Positions 41,601 to 49,778 are shown, counted from the stretch's first letter. The stretch is 59,049 nt of DNA from a virus (IMGVR_UViG_3300027808_000032:1-59049), one strand, 5' to 3'. Numbers and translations: made by a program. Notes: a model not told the origin generated them from the sequence alone.

Positions 41601-44097
41601 AATAGACAACGGAGAGGAGCTCACCGCAGCAGAACGCGATGCGTTCAACACAACTGTCGCACTGCAAGAGTTGGGTGGAATCTTCTCCATGTCTCTTGAA
41701 GAGTTGGACTCCCTATTGGAAAGAACCAAGGAGATGGGGACAGAAGGAATCGCACGCCTAAAGGCAGACAAACTTGTCTTGAGTGCCGAGATATCTTCAA
41801 TGAAGACACAAGCAGAGGCTCAGATAAAATCTGACTTTGGATTCTTGTACGATGAAAACGGAGACCTTAAGAGTAAGAACAGGCTTGACTCTGAGTTCCG
41901 GCAGATATGGGAGAACTTCCGCAAGCTAAAGGTTTGGGACGGAATCAAGGGTTGGGTTCAGACAATCGACTTCCAATCTCTCACCGGGTTCCAAGACTTT
42001 ATGCGGAAGAAAATATACCACCTTGGCACGCTGATGAATGTGTTGGACAAGGGTGGTGACTTCTTCAAGAAAAACGTGTACGACGTTCTCAACAGAATGG
42101 ATGAGAAGAGTAAGCGCGGATTCCAAATTGAGATGGCGAACCTAGACTCTTTCGCACGTGCGTTTGGATTCAAGAACTACAAGCAGTTTGCTCGTAGCTT
42201 GAACGGACCTCCGGTTAATATCAACGGAAAGCTACTCACCATCGACCAAATGATTAGGGTGTATGCCCTAAGCAAGAACCCCATACAGCGAAACAAGCTG
42301 ATTGATATGGGTATTGACATCGATAGGGTTGAGTCGTTTCTTACAGATGAGCAAATTGGATTCGCTGACATGGTTGTTGACTACCTATCCAACAGCTACT
42401 TCGATGACGTGAACAGCATCTACTCTTATGTAAACAATGTCAACCTTGGATACGTAGAAAACTACTTCCCAACAAAGACAATTCAAACTAAGATTGATGG
42501 GAACATCTTGGAGTCCGGAGACTTCGGCTCTGTGTTCAATGCAGAGACAGCACCTGCACTAAAGGAGCGTACTGATACTAAGGGAGAGATTGACTTGTCT
42601 TCAGACTTTACTGCTGTTCTTGAGAATCACTTCCGGTCCATGGAAAGGTACAAGGCCATGGCCATTGGTGTTCGCAAGATGGTTCAGATTTTCAAGATGG
42701 AGGATGTCAAGACTTTGCTTGAGCGTACCGGAACCAAGGACATGATAATGCGCGGCCTTAACTTCGCCATCAACCCCGACTCCATGACCCGGGAGCCAAC
42801 GACCATTGTCGGAAAGCTGTCATCTAAGTTCACAGGATTTGCTCTTTCTTTTAAGGCCATTCAGATTCTGAAGCAAGGCTCCTCTTTTGTTCAGGCTTTT
42901 GAGGACTACACCGTAAGGAAGGGGAAGCCCACACCGGTATTGGACCATTTAATGTTCATGCTTGACATGACTTACATTGTTGCCACACTTCCAAAGCAGA
43001 TTAAAAAGGCTTACGATATGTCGGCTAATGTCAAGGAGCGTCTTGACCAAGGATTGGAGGGGGATGTTTATGGATTGGAGTCCGGCACCGGAGTGTTCCG
43101 GCCGATATCAAAGTCATCAAGTGCATGGTCAAAAGCAAGAAGGGCTTTCCAAACCGGAGCCGCGGCTCCTACTGTTCTTGGTGATATCATTGGTGTTCTT
43201 GGGTACATGGCTGTATACAACAGAATGATAAAGCAAGGTTTTACTCATGCTGAGTCTTTAGATGCATTCAACAAATACAATGCTACGCAGCAGTCTCGTC
43301 GGGCAACTGAGAAGTCACCAATACAGATGAGCAACAATGAGTTTCAAAGGTTGTTCACAATGTTTGGAAGTTCAGTGTTCTTGATGATGAACAAGATTGC
43401 TCAGACATCAACCAACATTATGCGCGATGCTAAGAAAGGCAAGATGCCAAAGGCCAAGGATGTACGAGGATTGATGTTGAACCTTGCCATCTCTAACGTG
43501 TTGTTCGTTGGTGCTGCTAACATTGCCAAATTTATAAAGGGTGATGATGAGGATAAGGAAGAGGCTTTGAAAGCCATGCGTAATGCAATGCTTGGCCTCA
43601 ACGTGATTTACTCTATACCTATTTTTGGTTCTGCTCTTGAATCAATGATTGCGTATGCTGAGGGGGAGCCTGACAGGGCTGATGATACCATCAATGTGTT
43701 TCAGAATCTATTCAGAAAGTACAAGAAAGCAGAAGAGGGATTGTCTGAAGGGAACATTTGGGCTGCTACACAGCCTTTAGTTGAGATTGTTATTGGAGCT
43801 CAGCTAGACCCATTCATTGGTATGTACAACTACTTTGGAGGAGACAAAGATATGCAAGAGGGCTCGGCTTATGATATGCTTGGAATTACTCCATCGTATA
43901 GGCCAAGCAATGATGAGAAGCCTGTATCAACTATGGGTAAGGAGGACATGAAGCGTTACTTCCCTGACCTGTATGATGAGACATACGGACCGAACTCTCC
44001 CGGCTATGACATTGAGCAAGAGATAAAGGAGATGGAGAAAGAGATTGAGAAGGAGCAGCAGCAGTTGAAGGATGAAGCCTACGGCTACTCCGAATAG
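32653..44097 (+). CDS. Giant polyvalent / ejection protein (3814 aa) with DUF3293-like, NlpC/P60-like, HDxFGH and HExxH metallopeptidase-like domains
   Basis: WGMLTAENP..GKYG..ENSFFV (~36650-36900); NCDAF..VGDIIAF..HYAVYLGD (~37240-37470); FRAVHDAFGH..GEENAW (~38200-38290); IIHEFGHVW (39973-39999). Confidence 0.8.
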   Translation: MDEQVLQDLYARAQSLGYKKGIEDFRTLIQTDQKVQDDNFAYVQSRGYKKTKEDFFGLLGMNQSTSTIPLKKKESPQSTESLSDDGSLGQSMPEVTKKTLSKVGIEPQPKPKEDPLRFNQMPPQMQVEEAFKIIQGKGYQGTREDFISEYGIQVPQTQEEEYKNKDIFAQNIRNAYSGALRYSPQKKEVVAPAKAEPTPMEQSKEQFAEQFPKTIERIKQAPEEARKAGEYLENVRKGEREAELAQMQSNQQDEEFLRLVSGVDNLYIKGASEEKAERELNERFKKYGIVFAQSKAGHDVLIARTADGKKSIEIPLAVSTADSNSKRLRDFIIQNGKAQTESMSEDLITKSLRAQNMRRVGRLNKDGSTSTVEFMSFEQDGKFLVAPTLFPKDKLNYGADPRGWMKLEPAKAIEEARARGELFEFKTKAEAERFSKGAWKDVTMSDLEGQKFFQERGLDYFDYKNRRDELLSIDKEQSLIENVSAAIKRGEITNAKQYFSKKLSPEEATRYSYLLNGNNLRPDLESYVQKRQQQKNELYAQVEDRTFFNDGKAQTTFEDFDVYLNKKSDESKKKAEETNKIAKQKYEELNAVSLEAFGIPATQLMTYKPKTQDEVNVINDIKQRMSAVVELQKVSAERYYASSTFFNSKLNKAARNEYDENMAAWWSEFNSAWDRGEAGAQLMKTIMGVNSIEEGGQLISEAMQDAEGGTRSRAFQTYMSSGALLAGDERATKAFWSDPFEITANLVATSLAQLLPIGLRIVPATTLSGAGIGAGISAASTGGLGTIGGAVSGGKYGFQTGMEMANFAMEYTNSFFEAAQERGYDVKDPEQFVNAYADEAVWNETNNIGIRRGLAIGGVGLMSSSLAGKVFKVSKLASKAQKVGTFVAERAVFDPLMEGAGELLAQEWSTGTYDLKEIEGEMMGGIGNNAISAGFNMATSALKNTNIDYANTLTDISAVAEESASDERISNWASNMKRLGQIDAETEQRIQRNVGLRRESKDLLSVGDNGKIASRDSKLQARMMELMAARDEMSSTNNRREVYRNYIAQVNEELREIAETKKLRSPENSVNLSTMNAPTSAPGMPKYSINGRSMTKENFMDSVAKMSKSRYMRSRIVVDNDEVAMGELNQKLTDKGFITKPKTDAVQEQSTAQLSPQVSATVGEGVGEQVPGQEEVAGEVDQERLREETQQQVEQSRGRLSELEDAIPAVMEVTPEVLVQATNNELAPEQLDGVLSSIADDIISETELSPEQETLVSANKARVDELVSLKSEQEALSSEVNDLESMLGESGGVQFRAEEGVTTTRDADWDSKAKAELPASSFESDEAFKSTVRDGQWGMLTAENPDATQVSDAVNKQVNERAEEWLRSRGYTPQPIFGKYGNSENSFFVEGLTTEDAVEFAREFSQENVATDKGLVYQDGKMNPRQKGQETFAAADDFYSTIKIGDKQTDFSVSYADNKVDSGAKVETKKPAEKTQARKTGTQFRAGENPLQDVESTAKALDGVDGDGLNKIKSNFIIRKAEEISKKLEYLNCDAFCHKLVNNRLFKDVFDKVNFKIKFGGKTEKVVSELQKILKVGDIIAFGDKNDARHYAVYLGDDSVYEVEGWGEKPRKYSLSKNIDTYTGLNNIYRDNELNKEISEAYHKAKEDGSNPELVKAVEDLLGAPKAGPQTRIDTKRGKKIGKFDALEGAPKTKGLVGPDPNLVAVAEEYAKKNGIPFARQGEYVQANEKRGKRIALAFDRMKHDPSNPKVKEAYADLIRQTKMQYQALVDAGYEFTFFDSNSDPYQGNPSNAMRDLRENKKMAVYGTYDGYGTAGITATAQAENPLLEDTGFKWKDINGVEHSVTANDLFRAVHDAFGHGLEGAGFRARGEENAWQAHVRLFTGPAVGAITSETRGQNSWLNFGPYGEQNKKASVFETVFAEQKIGLMPEWTWTEGRAMDMPSEETSVTEEVQEIDEDAEVERIVSEMNELESPLVDTSAQIESTEGVSTDVEELNSRLDAPLDVVNIQILDGVPVLITISDQLVASNKGVKDNVTGKKITNLFGGLGFNGIKKFLNAAWANIGENEAKSQHKKALEIYENNKAIIEKFWADNPKYDGHVPMLVVKMGENSILSNEAVSRLLIERIKSLNLSEDTKKEAFSNLQERLNKFVEKYNAKLKEGKKAKDIDASIKNPYTLAKFISDKKIKDFNGVLKSISKMPTTAKAELIKLLTSGEARKAGDPAKNPNPPKKDSIANILLGDNKNYSLLSIQSITDVLTEPSISNVPIGSVISVVGVKVAEKQADGTYKQAGGPISVDHPNYKHGAEGMSFGVVKSPMTIQSIMPAAYDAVVSKNIEKVRKGANPIGASYATAIGFGAPSLVGRTISTNPPKMMALISLINKAFPNVSVYTTSAAFNRILENSETKLTMKGDAVLYGVTANGDIYINPEVHNTESELFNTIIHEFGHVWLNMLLTSPEGSKGRKLYQQGINIIREGIKTDPKLKALYDRQMKLFNNNEADAINEMLAILIGNRGEMISKASTDIRNKFNDFLLAMWEYVRATFKMSKDISVDEISNMSLDDFLGTAMADLLSGQDMKISDAQLTKMRNLTSMARQDDSMQSIIDLGRENGFSDQSIKEILMRRGFKAADIDTAMEVRVDLMTELPDAFTNVEGGVKQGMKLFADVRQQLSKYAKKKVKEADGTTRTRTMSEIRQKALELLKEHPIFNAQATITKDELILAFDRSMSTRANRGVDAQIAEIRKGLKSKKMGVKELAEAQNKLINFVSSVLPQSKGYSTARIERIVRLIGSTNINNFDAQAERVMKIVEAQKDLMAKKDIADAVARQRQEMRDRRAGQKELRAIQITLKNFIRTNLPKSKGYSQLMVNRLVAAVANTTTQNYVAQAVRVLNIVDKQRKLMSNQRIREIANVIVKSSRIAKTGSNKRRAGRVDADTQSLFATMKQTMRALAMAKKGDSSMLDRISASVDPAILAGKGIDLDDVQQKIDNGEELTAAERDAFNTTVALQELGGIFSMSLEELDSLLERTKEMGTEGIARLKADKLVLSAEISSMKTQAEAQIKSDFGFLYDENGDLKSKNRLDSEFRQIWENFRKLKVWDGIKGWVQTIDFQSLTGFQDFMRKKIYHLGTLMNVLDKGGDFFKKNVYDVLNRMDEKSKRGFQIEMANLDSFARAFGFKNYKQFARSLNGPPVNINGKLLTIDQMIRVYALSKNPIQRNKLIDMGIDIDRVESFLTDEQIGFADMVVDYLSNSYFDDVNSIYSYVNNVNLGYVENYFPTKTIQTKIDGNILESGDFGSVFNAETAPALKERTDTKGEIDLSSDFTAVLENHFRSMERYKAMAIGVRKMVQIFKMEDVKTLLERTGTKDMIMRGLNFAINPDSMTREPTTIVGKLSSKFTGFALSFKAIQILKQGSSFVQAFEDYTVRKGKPTPVLDHLMFMLDMTYIVATLPKQIKKAYDMSANVKERLDQGLEGDVYGLESGTGVFRPISKSSSAWSKARRAFQTGAAAPTVLGDIIGVLGYMAVYNRMIKQGFTHAESLDAFNKYNATQQSRRATEKSPIQMSNNEFQRLFTMFGSSVFLMMNKIAQTSTNIMRDAKKGKMPKAKDVRGLMLNLAISNVLFVGAANIAKFIKGDDEDKEEALKAMRNAMLGLNVIYSIPIFGSALESMIAYAEGEPDRADDTINVFQNLFRKYKKAEEGLSEGNIWAATQPLVEIVIGAQLDPFIGMYNYFGGDKDMQEGSAYDMLGITPSYRPSNDEKPVSTMGKEDMKRYFPDLYDETYGPNSPGYDIEQEIKEMEKEIEKEQQQLKDEAYGYSE
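36083..36232 (+). CDS. Probable nested 49-aa basic protein in the +1 frame of the giant gene
   Basis: MPFKSKAQRSYLHKFQPQLAKEWESKYPVKKKLPEKL..; A-rich leader. Confidence 0.5.
   Translation: MPFKSKAQRSYLHKFQPQLAKEWESKYPVKKKLPEKLTKSVSEKRRNSK
36201..36220 (+). repeat. 20-bp quasi-palindrome, copy 3 (intragenic)
   Basis: GCGTCTC-CGAGAA-GAGACGC. Confidence 0.85.
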
Positions 44098-44519
44098 TCG
44101 GGCTCTTGCTTGTACCTAACGTACTTGAGTCCTCTCTGCTTGTCATAGTAGGCCATAAGTTCGTTGTCGTTTGCTGCACCTTCCCTTGGCTTTCTTCCTC
44201 CCATCTTAATGATGCCGGAGATGTCTGCCGGCCGGCCGAAGATGATGCCATCGTCACACGCCCATATCACCAATGGGTTGAGCATCTTCATCTGAAGTTT
44301 TGATATCTTGTTCAAAGATATTGGTAGTGGGTATGCATCTCTGATGTACCGGTTTCTTCCTTTTACCTCTGCATATGCCACGAGCTTACCCTCCTTGTTG
44401 AATACTTTGTAGTCGATATCGTCGGGGCCTAGCTTTTTAAATGAGCCGCCGAATACATTTACGTATGTTTCGATTGCTCTTCGCTCGCGTATCAAATTAT
44501 CTTCAGTTTCAAAGCGCAT
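44085..44519 (-). CDS. PD-(D/E)xK-family nuclease
   Basis: DIDY..YAEVKGR motif. Confidence 0.65.
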   Translation of the reverse strand: MRFETEDNLIRERRAIETYVNVFGGSFKKLGPDDIDYKVFNKEGKLVAYAEVKGRNRYIRDAYPLPISLNKISKLQMKMLNPLVIWACDDGIIFGRPADISGIIKMGGRKPREGAANDNELMAYYDKQRGLKYVRYKQEPDYSE

Positions 44520-44700
44520 CTCTTCCTTTTTGAATGATTATGTTTAGGTCATCTATAATTGCTTGAGCTTCCAATTTTGCCTTGGGCCAATCTTTGTCTA
44601 CCATGTGCTCATAGAGCTCGTTCAGGTAGTCGTGAAGGGTATTGGTGAAATTCATCACTTTCATAACCCTTTCTTTTTCTTTCGGTGATTGCTTTGTCAT
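44509..44700 (-). CDS. Hypothetical protein
   Basis: 63 aa, overlaps both neighbours. Confidence 0.65.
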   Translation of the reverse strand: MTKQSPKEKERVMKVMNFTNTLHDYLNELYEHMVDKDWPKAKLEAQAIIDDLNIIIQKGRDAL

Positions 44701-45200
44701 AGTCCGTTTAGTATTCGGTTTATTTTTGATAGGAATTCTTCTTCTTTCCCGGGATAAACTCGGGCTCGTATCGTTGCAAAGATATCATCAAACCTTGAAT
44801 ATTTTGCATTTTCTTGTTCGATTTTTTCTCTGAGGTCTTTGTTTTCTTTTTCTATGGCATTGATGTGGTCTACGATGTTCTCTACATCTTCTGTGTACCA
44901 TTTTATTTTCGAATCGTTCTCAAGTATTTCTTTGCAGGTCAGATATTTTTCTTGAATTGACTTTATTTTAAGGTCATGTTCTGCACTGCGGATGTAGTGG
45001 ATTACGTTTGCGTGTCCCACGCCTAGGATTTTACCTATGTGTATGTAGGTGTATCCTCTTTCTCTCAAGATTGTTGAGAATACCTGACGTGCTGAGACGT
45101 AGTCTTGTTTTCGTGTTCGCTTCTTTATTGAGTCTATGCTGAACACTTTCTCCACAATTTGAATCAGTAACGTATCGTCAAAAAAAACTTCATTGTTCAT
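44697..45200 (-). CDS. DnaA domain IV-like HTH protein with coiled coil
   Basis: RTRKQDYVSARQV..YTY.HIG..LG..HANVIHY. Confidence 0.7.
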   Translation of the reverse strand: MNNEVFFDDTLLIQIVEKVFSIDSIKKRTRKQDYVSARQVFSTILRERGYTYIHIGKILGVGHANVIHYIRSAEHDLKIKSIQEKYLTCKEILENDSKIKWYTEDVENIVDHINAIEKENKDLREKIEQENAKYSRFDDIFATIRARVYPGKEEEFLSKINRILNGL

Positions 45201-45445
45201 TCTCCTGTGTATATTTCTGTTCGTATTCCTTTTTTAGATAGCTCTTCCATTCTGTACTTTTGGAGAGCACTTGGTTTCCCCCCGGGCCTTTTCACTTCCA
45301 CAAAGAATGTGTCGGTGTTTGGGGGCAGGACCAAGAGGTCGGGGATTCCATTCTTGTTTGTCTTCATTAGTTTGATGACGTAGAATCCTTGAGCCTCGAG
45401 GTCCTTTATTTTATTGGCTTGTATTTGCTGTTCTGTTTTCGGCAT
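45197..45445 (-). CDS. VRR-NUC domain nuclease
   Basis: TEQQIQ..GIPDLLVL..FVEVKRPGGKPSALQ. Confidence 0.85.
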   Translation of the reverse strand: MPKTEQQIQANKIKDLEAQGFYVIKLMKTNKNGIPDLLVLPPNTDTFFVEVKRPGGKPSALQKYRMEELSKKGIRTEIYTGE

Positions 45446-45680
45446 CTTTGTTTACTATTTCTACGTGTCCCGAAGTTTCAATCCACACTTTTGCACCGCA
45501 TGAAAGCGGCTTATCGTGGGAGTAGATTATTCTTGCTGCTTCTTTCCCATCTTGCCCATATATTATGGCTTCGTGTGCGTAGTCATTACTTTTGTATGTC
45601 TTACAGGTAAGCACAGGTCTGTTGGCACCATCTTTATTTGCTTTGATGTTATGCTGATTTACATGAATTATTGTTCTCAT
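45411..45680 (-). CDS. Conserved hypothetical phage protein
   Basis: IIHVNQH.IK.N..P.LTCK..KPLSCGAKVWIET. Confidence 0.7.
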   Translation of the reverse strand: MRTIIHVNQHNIKANKDGANRPVLTCKTYKSNDYAHEAIIYGQDGKEAARIIYSHDKPLSCGAKVWIETSGHVEIVNKDAENRTANTSQ

Positions 45681-45707
45681 GGGTTTGTGGTATTATAGGT
45701 ATGTTTT

Positions 45708-47180
45708 TTATAATTCTGATTTTAGAAATTGTTTTTTGAAATGAGAAATTGTGTAGTCTTTTTTCTTGCTTACAGCTTTGTAGATTTCATCCTCAATGCC
45801 ATCCTCAGAAAAAATCCAATAGATGTCGCTCTCCAATCTATCCTTCGTTGTCATCCTGTCTCGGCTCTGCCAATAACTCGTGGCACTGAAGTCAATGTTG
45901 AAGTAAACTAAAGCGTCAGCCTGCCTCAAGGATATGCCCTCCCTACCACTTACAATCTGAAGAGCTATCGACTTTTCAGTCTCCGAGAAGAGACTCAAAT
46001 CTGTGGTCAGCTCCTCGCCAAACACTTGAGTCAAAGCACTCAGCTCCTCCTTGAACTTGTAGAAGATGCCAATCTTCTTCCCGGCAAAGTAATTCTTTAT
46101 GAACTCCGCTTTGCTTAGGTCAAAGGTCATAGACTTTCCGCTCTCAAACTTTACCGTTCCGGAGTACATCTGATGTAACTTCTGCATCAACTTCACCGGA
46201 GTGTCAGCTAAGATTACCTCATCCTTACCTTGAAGAACCAAGTCCTTCTTGAGCTTGGCAATCATGGCACAAGTCGAGTCCTTCATCCTAACCCTCAGAA
46301 CGTGCTCCTTTGTTTCAACAACAAAGCCGGCTTGCTTCTGACTATAGTTGATGGTGTATGGCTCCATTGCCTTTATGATTTCCTCCTTGCCCCGGCTGTA
46401 GTCCTTTATCATCACAGAGTTTATCATCTTGGTCTTAACATCAATGTACGCGTCAGCAAAACGATAGAATGACTTGAAAGAAGAGAATGGATTCCCGGGG
46501 ATTCCGTACACCTGATGGTACATCTGAGAGTACGACTCCGGTGTCGGTGTTCCACTCAAGAGAATCACACGAGGTCTGTTCTCTGCAATCAAATCACATA
46601 CGTCCTTCGCTCTGTTGCTTGGCTTTGGGAAAGCACCAAGGCTGTGGGCCTCATCGCAGATGATAACATCCCATCTCTTAGGCTCAACTTTGTGAAGACT
46701 CTCGTAGTTGATGGTCTCCATAAAGAACTCCGGAGAAAGCGTGGCGTAGTCGCTCTCAATGCTGCTGATGGCTTTCTTCTTTGTTATGAACAGAACAGAC
46801 TTAGCACCAATCTTCCGGCAGATGCCGAGGCTTGTGAGAGTCTTGCCGGTTCTAACCTCCATAGCCAAGTACAAGAAGTCATGCTCAAAAAGAATCTGAG
46901 CACCCTTCTCAATGATGCTTAGCTGATAGTCTCTGTACTCAAATGAGTTTTCTTTCATCTCGGGTAGGTTTTGATAGTGCTCAATGCTTGCACGTATTGA
47001 TTCAATTGTATGTGTAGGTACACTATGCTTGAGAGCCACGACCTCAACCATTTTCCGGCCTTGCTTGACCTTCTTTGTTATGGTTTTGGTCGCGACACCA
47101 AGCAGTAGCCGGAGCAGCTCCACCATCATTGTGTTGCTGTATCCGGCCCTCCTCTCTATTATCTTAATATCGTTCATCAC
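45708..47180 (-). CDS. SF2 (SNF2-like) helicase
   Basis: EVRTGKT, INYESL, IICDEAH, LSGTP, GREGISL, QSRDR. Confidence 0.9.
   Translation of the reverse strand: MMNDIKIIERRAGYSNTMMVELLRLLLGVATKTITKKVKQGRKMVEVVALKHSVPTHTIESIRASIEHYQNLPEMKENSFEYRDYQLSIIEKGAQILFEHDFLYLAMEVRTGKTLTSLGICRKIGAKSVLFITKKKAISSIESDYATLSPEFFMETINYESLHKVEPKRWDVIICDEAHSLGAFPKPSNRAKDVCDLIAENRPRVILLSGTPTPESYSQMYHQVYGIPGNPFSSFKSFYRFADAYIDVKTKMINSVMIKDYSRGKEEIIKAMEPYTINYSQKQAGFVVETKEHVLRVRMKDSTCAMIAKLKKDLVLQGKDEVILADTPVKLMQKLHQMYSGTVKFESGKSMTFDLSKAEFIKNYFAGKKIGIFYKFKEELSALTQVFGEELTTDLSLFSETEKSIALQIVSGREGISLRQADALVYFNIDFSATSYWQSRDRMTTKDRLESDIYWIFSEDGIEDEIYKAVSKKKDYTISHFKKQFLKSEL
45977..45996 (+). repeat. 20-bp quasi-palindrome, copy 4 (inside helicase gene)
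   Basis: CAGTCTC-CGAGAA-GAGACTC. Confidence 0.8.
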
Positions 47181-49567
47181 TCGTTTGTTTTAAAGCATAT
47201 CCAACGTCCACCAAAGTCTCGACCTTCCTCCGGAATGATTCCGTACTTGAACAATCCGTATGAAACAAGCCACTTGTAGAACTTTGTCCTTGAGATTGTC
47301 ATTCGACTCTTCGGGCCGTAGTCCGGATACTCGCTGATGAACTCGAAGTAGAGCTCTTGCTTGTAAACCTTGATTCCCGGCTCTAGCATCTTGGCCGGCT
47401 CTGCGTTGTCTACCAATCCGCACCACTCAATAAAATCGTGGGTGGTCTCAGCAGATAGCTGACGAATCTTAAGGTTTACAAACTTGCTCTTTACAAGACC
47501 TGTTGTCAAGTAGTTCTTCAAGCAAGACACCATGTAGTTGTCGAACTCGCACCAATCATCATCGTTCCAATCACCGAAGAACAGCTTTCCGAACTCATCA
47601 AATGGAGTGAAGTCCTTGGAGTAGTACTGATGTAGCTCCAACTCCCACTTCCTACGAGCAAATGAGTTGCCTGCTCCCTTGATGGCGTAGTTCGTGGTGA
47701 TGGCAATCTTCGGAGACTTGGAGAATGGAATCTTGATGGCATCCTTGTTCTTCTTCTCAAGAGTAATACCCTCGGTAACAACACTGAACAGCCGCTCAAA
47801 ATCAAAGTGCCTCTTCACGTCATCGAAGACAAGAATCTGCGTATCTGCAGACACCAACTGATATGCAAAAGACCGCTCGAATGCAAACGACTTGCCATCT
47901 ATGGTTACAACCTTCTTCATTTGACTCAGTGCACTCATAACGATTCCCTTTCCGGTTCCTCCCTCCGGATTGTCGGAGATGACCTCATCGTTTAAGATTA
48001 TGGCCGGGCAGTATGAGAAGTTCTTGTAGCCATGCATCATGAACCCAATCGTGCTCCGCATAGACTCAATCCGCTCCGGCTCTGTGTGACAGATGTTCTC
48101 AATGAACCTCTTGAAAGCAAAGGATGGAGATGTCTTGCACTGAATGAAGTTTCTGTCAATGACTTGGTCTTTCCATACGTATCCTCCAAGGTCAAGATAG
48201 TCAATCGGCATCACTTCAGACTTTGTAATCTTTACAGCACAGTTCCGGTAGTACAGATACGCAGTGTCCTTGGTGTCCTCGATGAAGTAAATGTCAATGG
48301 TGTTCAACATCGATAAGAACTCATCCTTAAAGAACCGAGTTTGGTCAGCGAAGTAGTTGTACACGTTGATGTCATCCAACTCAAGGAGATGGTTCAGAAC
48401 GAAGTCCTTTATCTCCTTCTCAGATGCATGGTCAATCAAGTTGTTGGTCACCTTAACGAAGACGTAGTTCTTACTTCCCTCGGGGCAGAACTTGTAGAAC
48501 CCATTGTCCTCCAAGAACTGCTTGAAAAGGATGTGTACAATCTTTACAGAACCCTTGTCGTTCTTAGTCCAAAAGGTTAGCTTGGTGTTCTCATCCTCAA
48601 TTCTATTTAGGAGAGCGTCCACAGCATCCCCATCCAAGTCTGACTCCAATAGCTGAGACCGAACCTCTTTCTTGGAGACACCTCTGCGTATCTTGGCTTT
48701 GACCTGATTCACTCGCTCTTCATCCTCGTAGTACTTCGTTCCGAAGTTTCTAGTGTTCTGATATGCTGAGTCTATGGTTCGGATAATCTCCGACTCGGTG
48801 AAGTCTCCTGTTGAGTATTGGTTCAAGACGTATCCGGCCAAGCTCTTGTTTACACCGAAGTCATTAAATGCCATGGCCAAGACAAAAGCATTTTGGTTTC
48901 TCTGTCCCTCAATCATCGGGTACTTATTTGTCCACCACTTCACGAGTATGTCCACAATCTTGTTCTCATCTGTGATGGGGATGGTTGGGGCATCCCGATA
49001 CTTTATGACCTCGTTGTAGGATGCCTCCTCAATCTTGTCCCAAACGAATGAGTTGTTGTTGATGTATATGAGTGGGTCATATGACTCGTAGCAAACTCGG
49101 CTTATGTTCTTCGTTGCTTTGTCGAAGTATGGAGAGTTGAAGTGAGACTGAAGTGAGTTGAAGTAGTTGATGTGGTTCTCGGGGTCGGCAGGAATCTTTA
49201 CCAAAACCTTGAGTCCGTTTCCGGATGGAGAGATGAATACCGAGTACACGTACTTATCTTTGCTTAGGCTCTCCTTGTCGGATAGCAATTCCTTTTGCTT
49301 CTCGTATCCATCGAAGTCCAAGCAGATGATTCCGCTATGCTCTAGTATGGATGCATCGTTCCTTTTGTTGAACGTGCCGGAGAAACATATGGCCGGAAGC
49401 ATCTTCTTCATCTCTTGACGCTCAGGCTTCCTCTTCTCATTGCGTATCTTCTTGACCAACTCCTTTGATGCTCCCTCGCGAATGCGATTGATGATAGAGT
49501 CTACCGGCCGGAAGAAGGGGGCTGAGGTATCCTTGATGTTCTGAAATATTGTGACGTTTGTTGTCAT
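47177..49567 (-). CDS. Primase-helicase (BT4734/VirE-N primase, PriCT, SF3-like helicase)
   Basis: LPAICFSG, ICLDFD, SPSGNGLK, SRVCYESYDP, EGQRN, GGTGKG, VFDD, ITTN. Confidence 0.88.
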   Translation of the reverse strand: MTTNVTIFQNIKDTSAPFFRPVDSIINRIREGASKELVKKIRNEKRKPERQEMKKMLPAICFSGTFNKRNDASILEHSGIICLDFDGYEKQKELLSDKESLSKDKYVYSVFISPSGNGLKVLVKIPADPENHINYFNSLQSHFNSPYFDKATKNISRVCYESYDPLIYINNNSFVWDKIEEASYNEVIKYRDAPTIPITDENKIVDILVKWWTNKYPMIEGQRNQNAFVLAMAFNDFGVNKSLAGYVLNQYSTGDFTESEIIRTIDSAYQNTRNFGTKYYEDEERVNQVKAKIRRGVSKKEVRSQLLESDLDGDAVDALLNRIEDENTKLTFWTKNDKGSVKIVHILFKQFLEDNGFYKFCPEGSKNYVFVKVTNNLIDHASEKEIKDFVLNHLLELDDINVYNYFADQTRFFKDEFLSMLNTIDIYFIEDTKDTAYLYYRNCAVKITKSEVMPIDYLDLGGYVWKDQVIDRNFIQCKTSPSFAFKRFIENICHTEPERIESMRSTIGFMMHGYKNFSYCPAIILNDEVISDNPEGGTGKGIVMSALSQMKKVVTIDGKSFAFERSFAYQLVSADTQILVFDDVKRHFDFERLFSVVTEGITLEKKNKDAIKIPFSKSPKIAITTNYAIKGAGNSFARRKWELELHQYYSKDFTPFDEFGKLFFGDWNDDDWCEFDNYMVSCLKNYLTTGLVKSKFVNLKIRQLSAETTHDFIEWCGLVDNAEPAKMLEPGIKVYKQELYFEFISEYPDYGPKSRMTISRTKFYKWLVSYGLFKYGIIPEEGRDFGGRWICFKTNE

Positions 49568-49721
49568 TTTAATGATGTTTTTATGACACTTAAGTTATTG
49601 ATTATTAATTATATGTCGATTATGTCGATTTTAAAGTAAAAGTATATTTAAAAAATACTATTACATAGAAAGAAAATAAGAGAGAGAGTAGGAGAGTTTA
49701 TATTTTCGACATTTCCGACAT
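49561..49721. repeat. Origin-like element, copy 2, directly upstream of the primase gene
   Basis: Same motif order as 712-871. Confidence 0.7.
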
Positions 49722-49778
49722 GAGAAAAGAATGGGGGAACGAATCCGCTCCCCCTATCCCTTTTTGATTTGGCTTCAG

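Noticed and set aside
12092-43601. Numerous antisense and off-frame ORFs in the ORF track
   Set aside because: They are shadows of long genes, lacking leaders or recognisable motifs.
32653-44097. crAss-like or N4-like virion RNA polymerase
   Set aside because: I found no DFDID/DxDGD catalytic motif; the visible domains fit a polyvalent protein.
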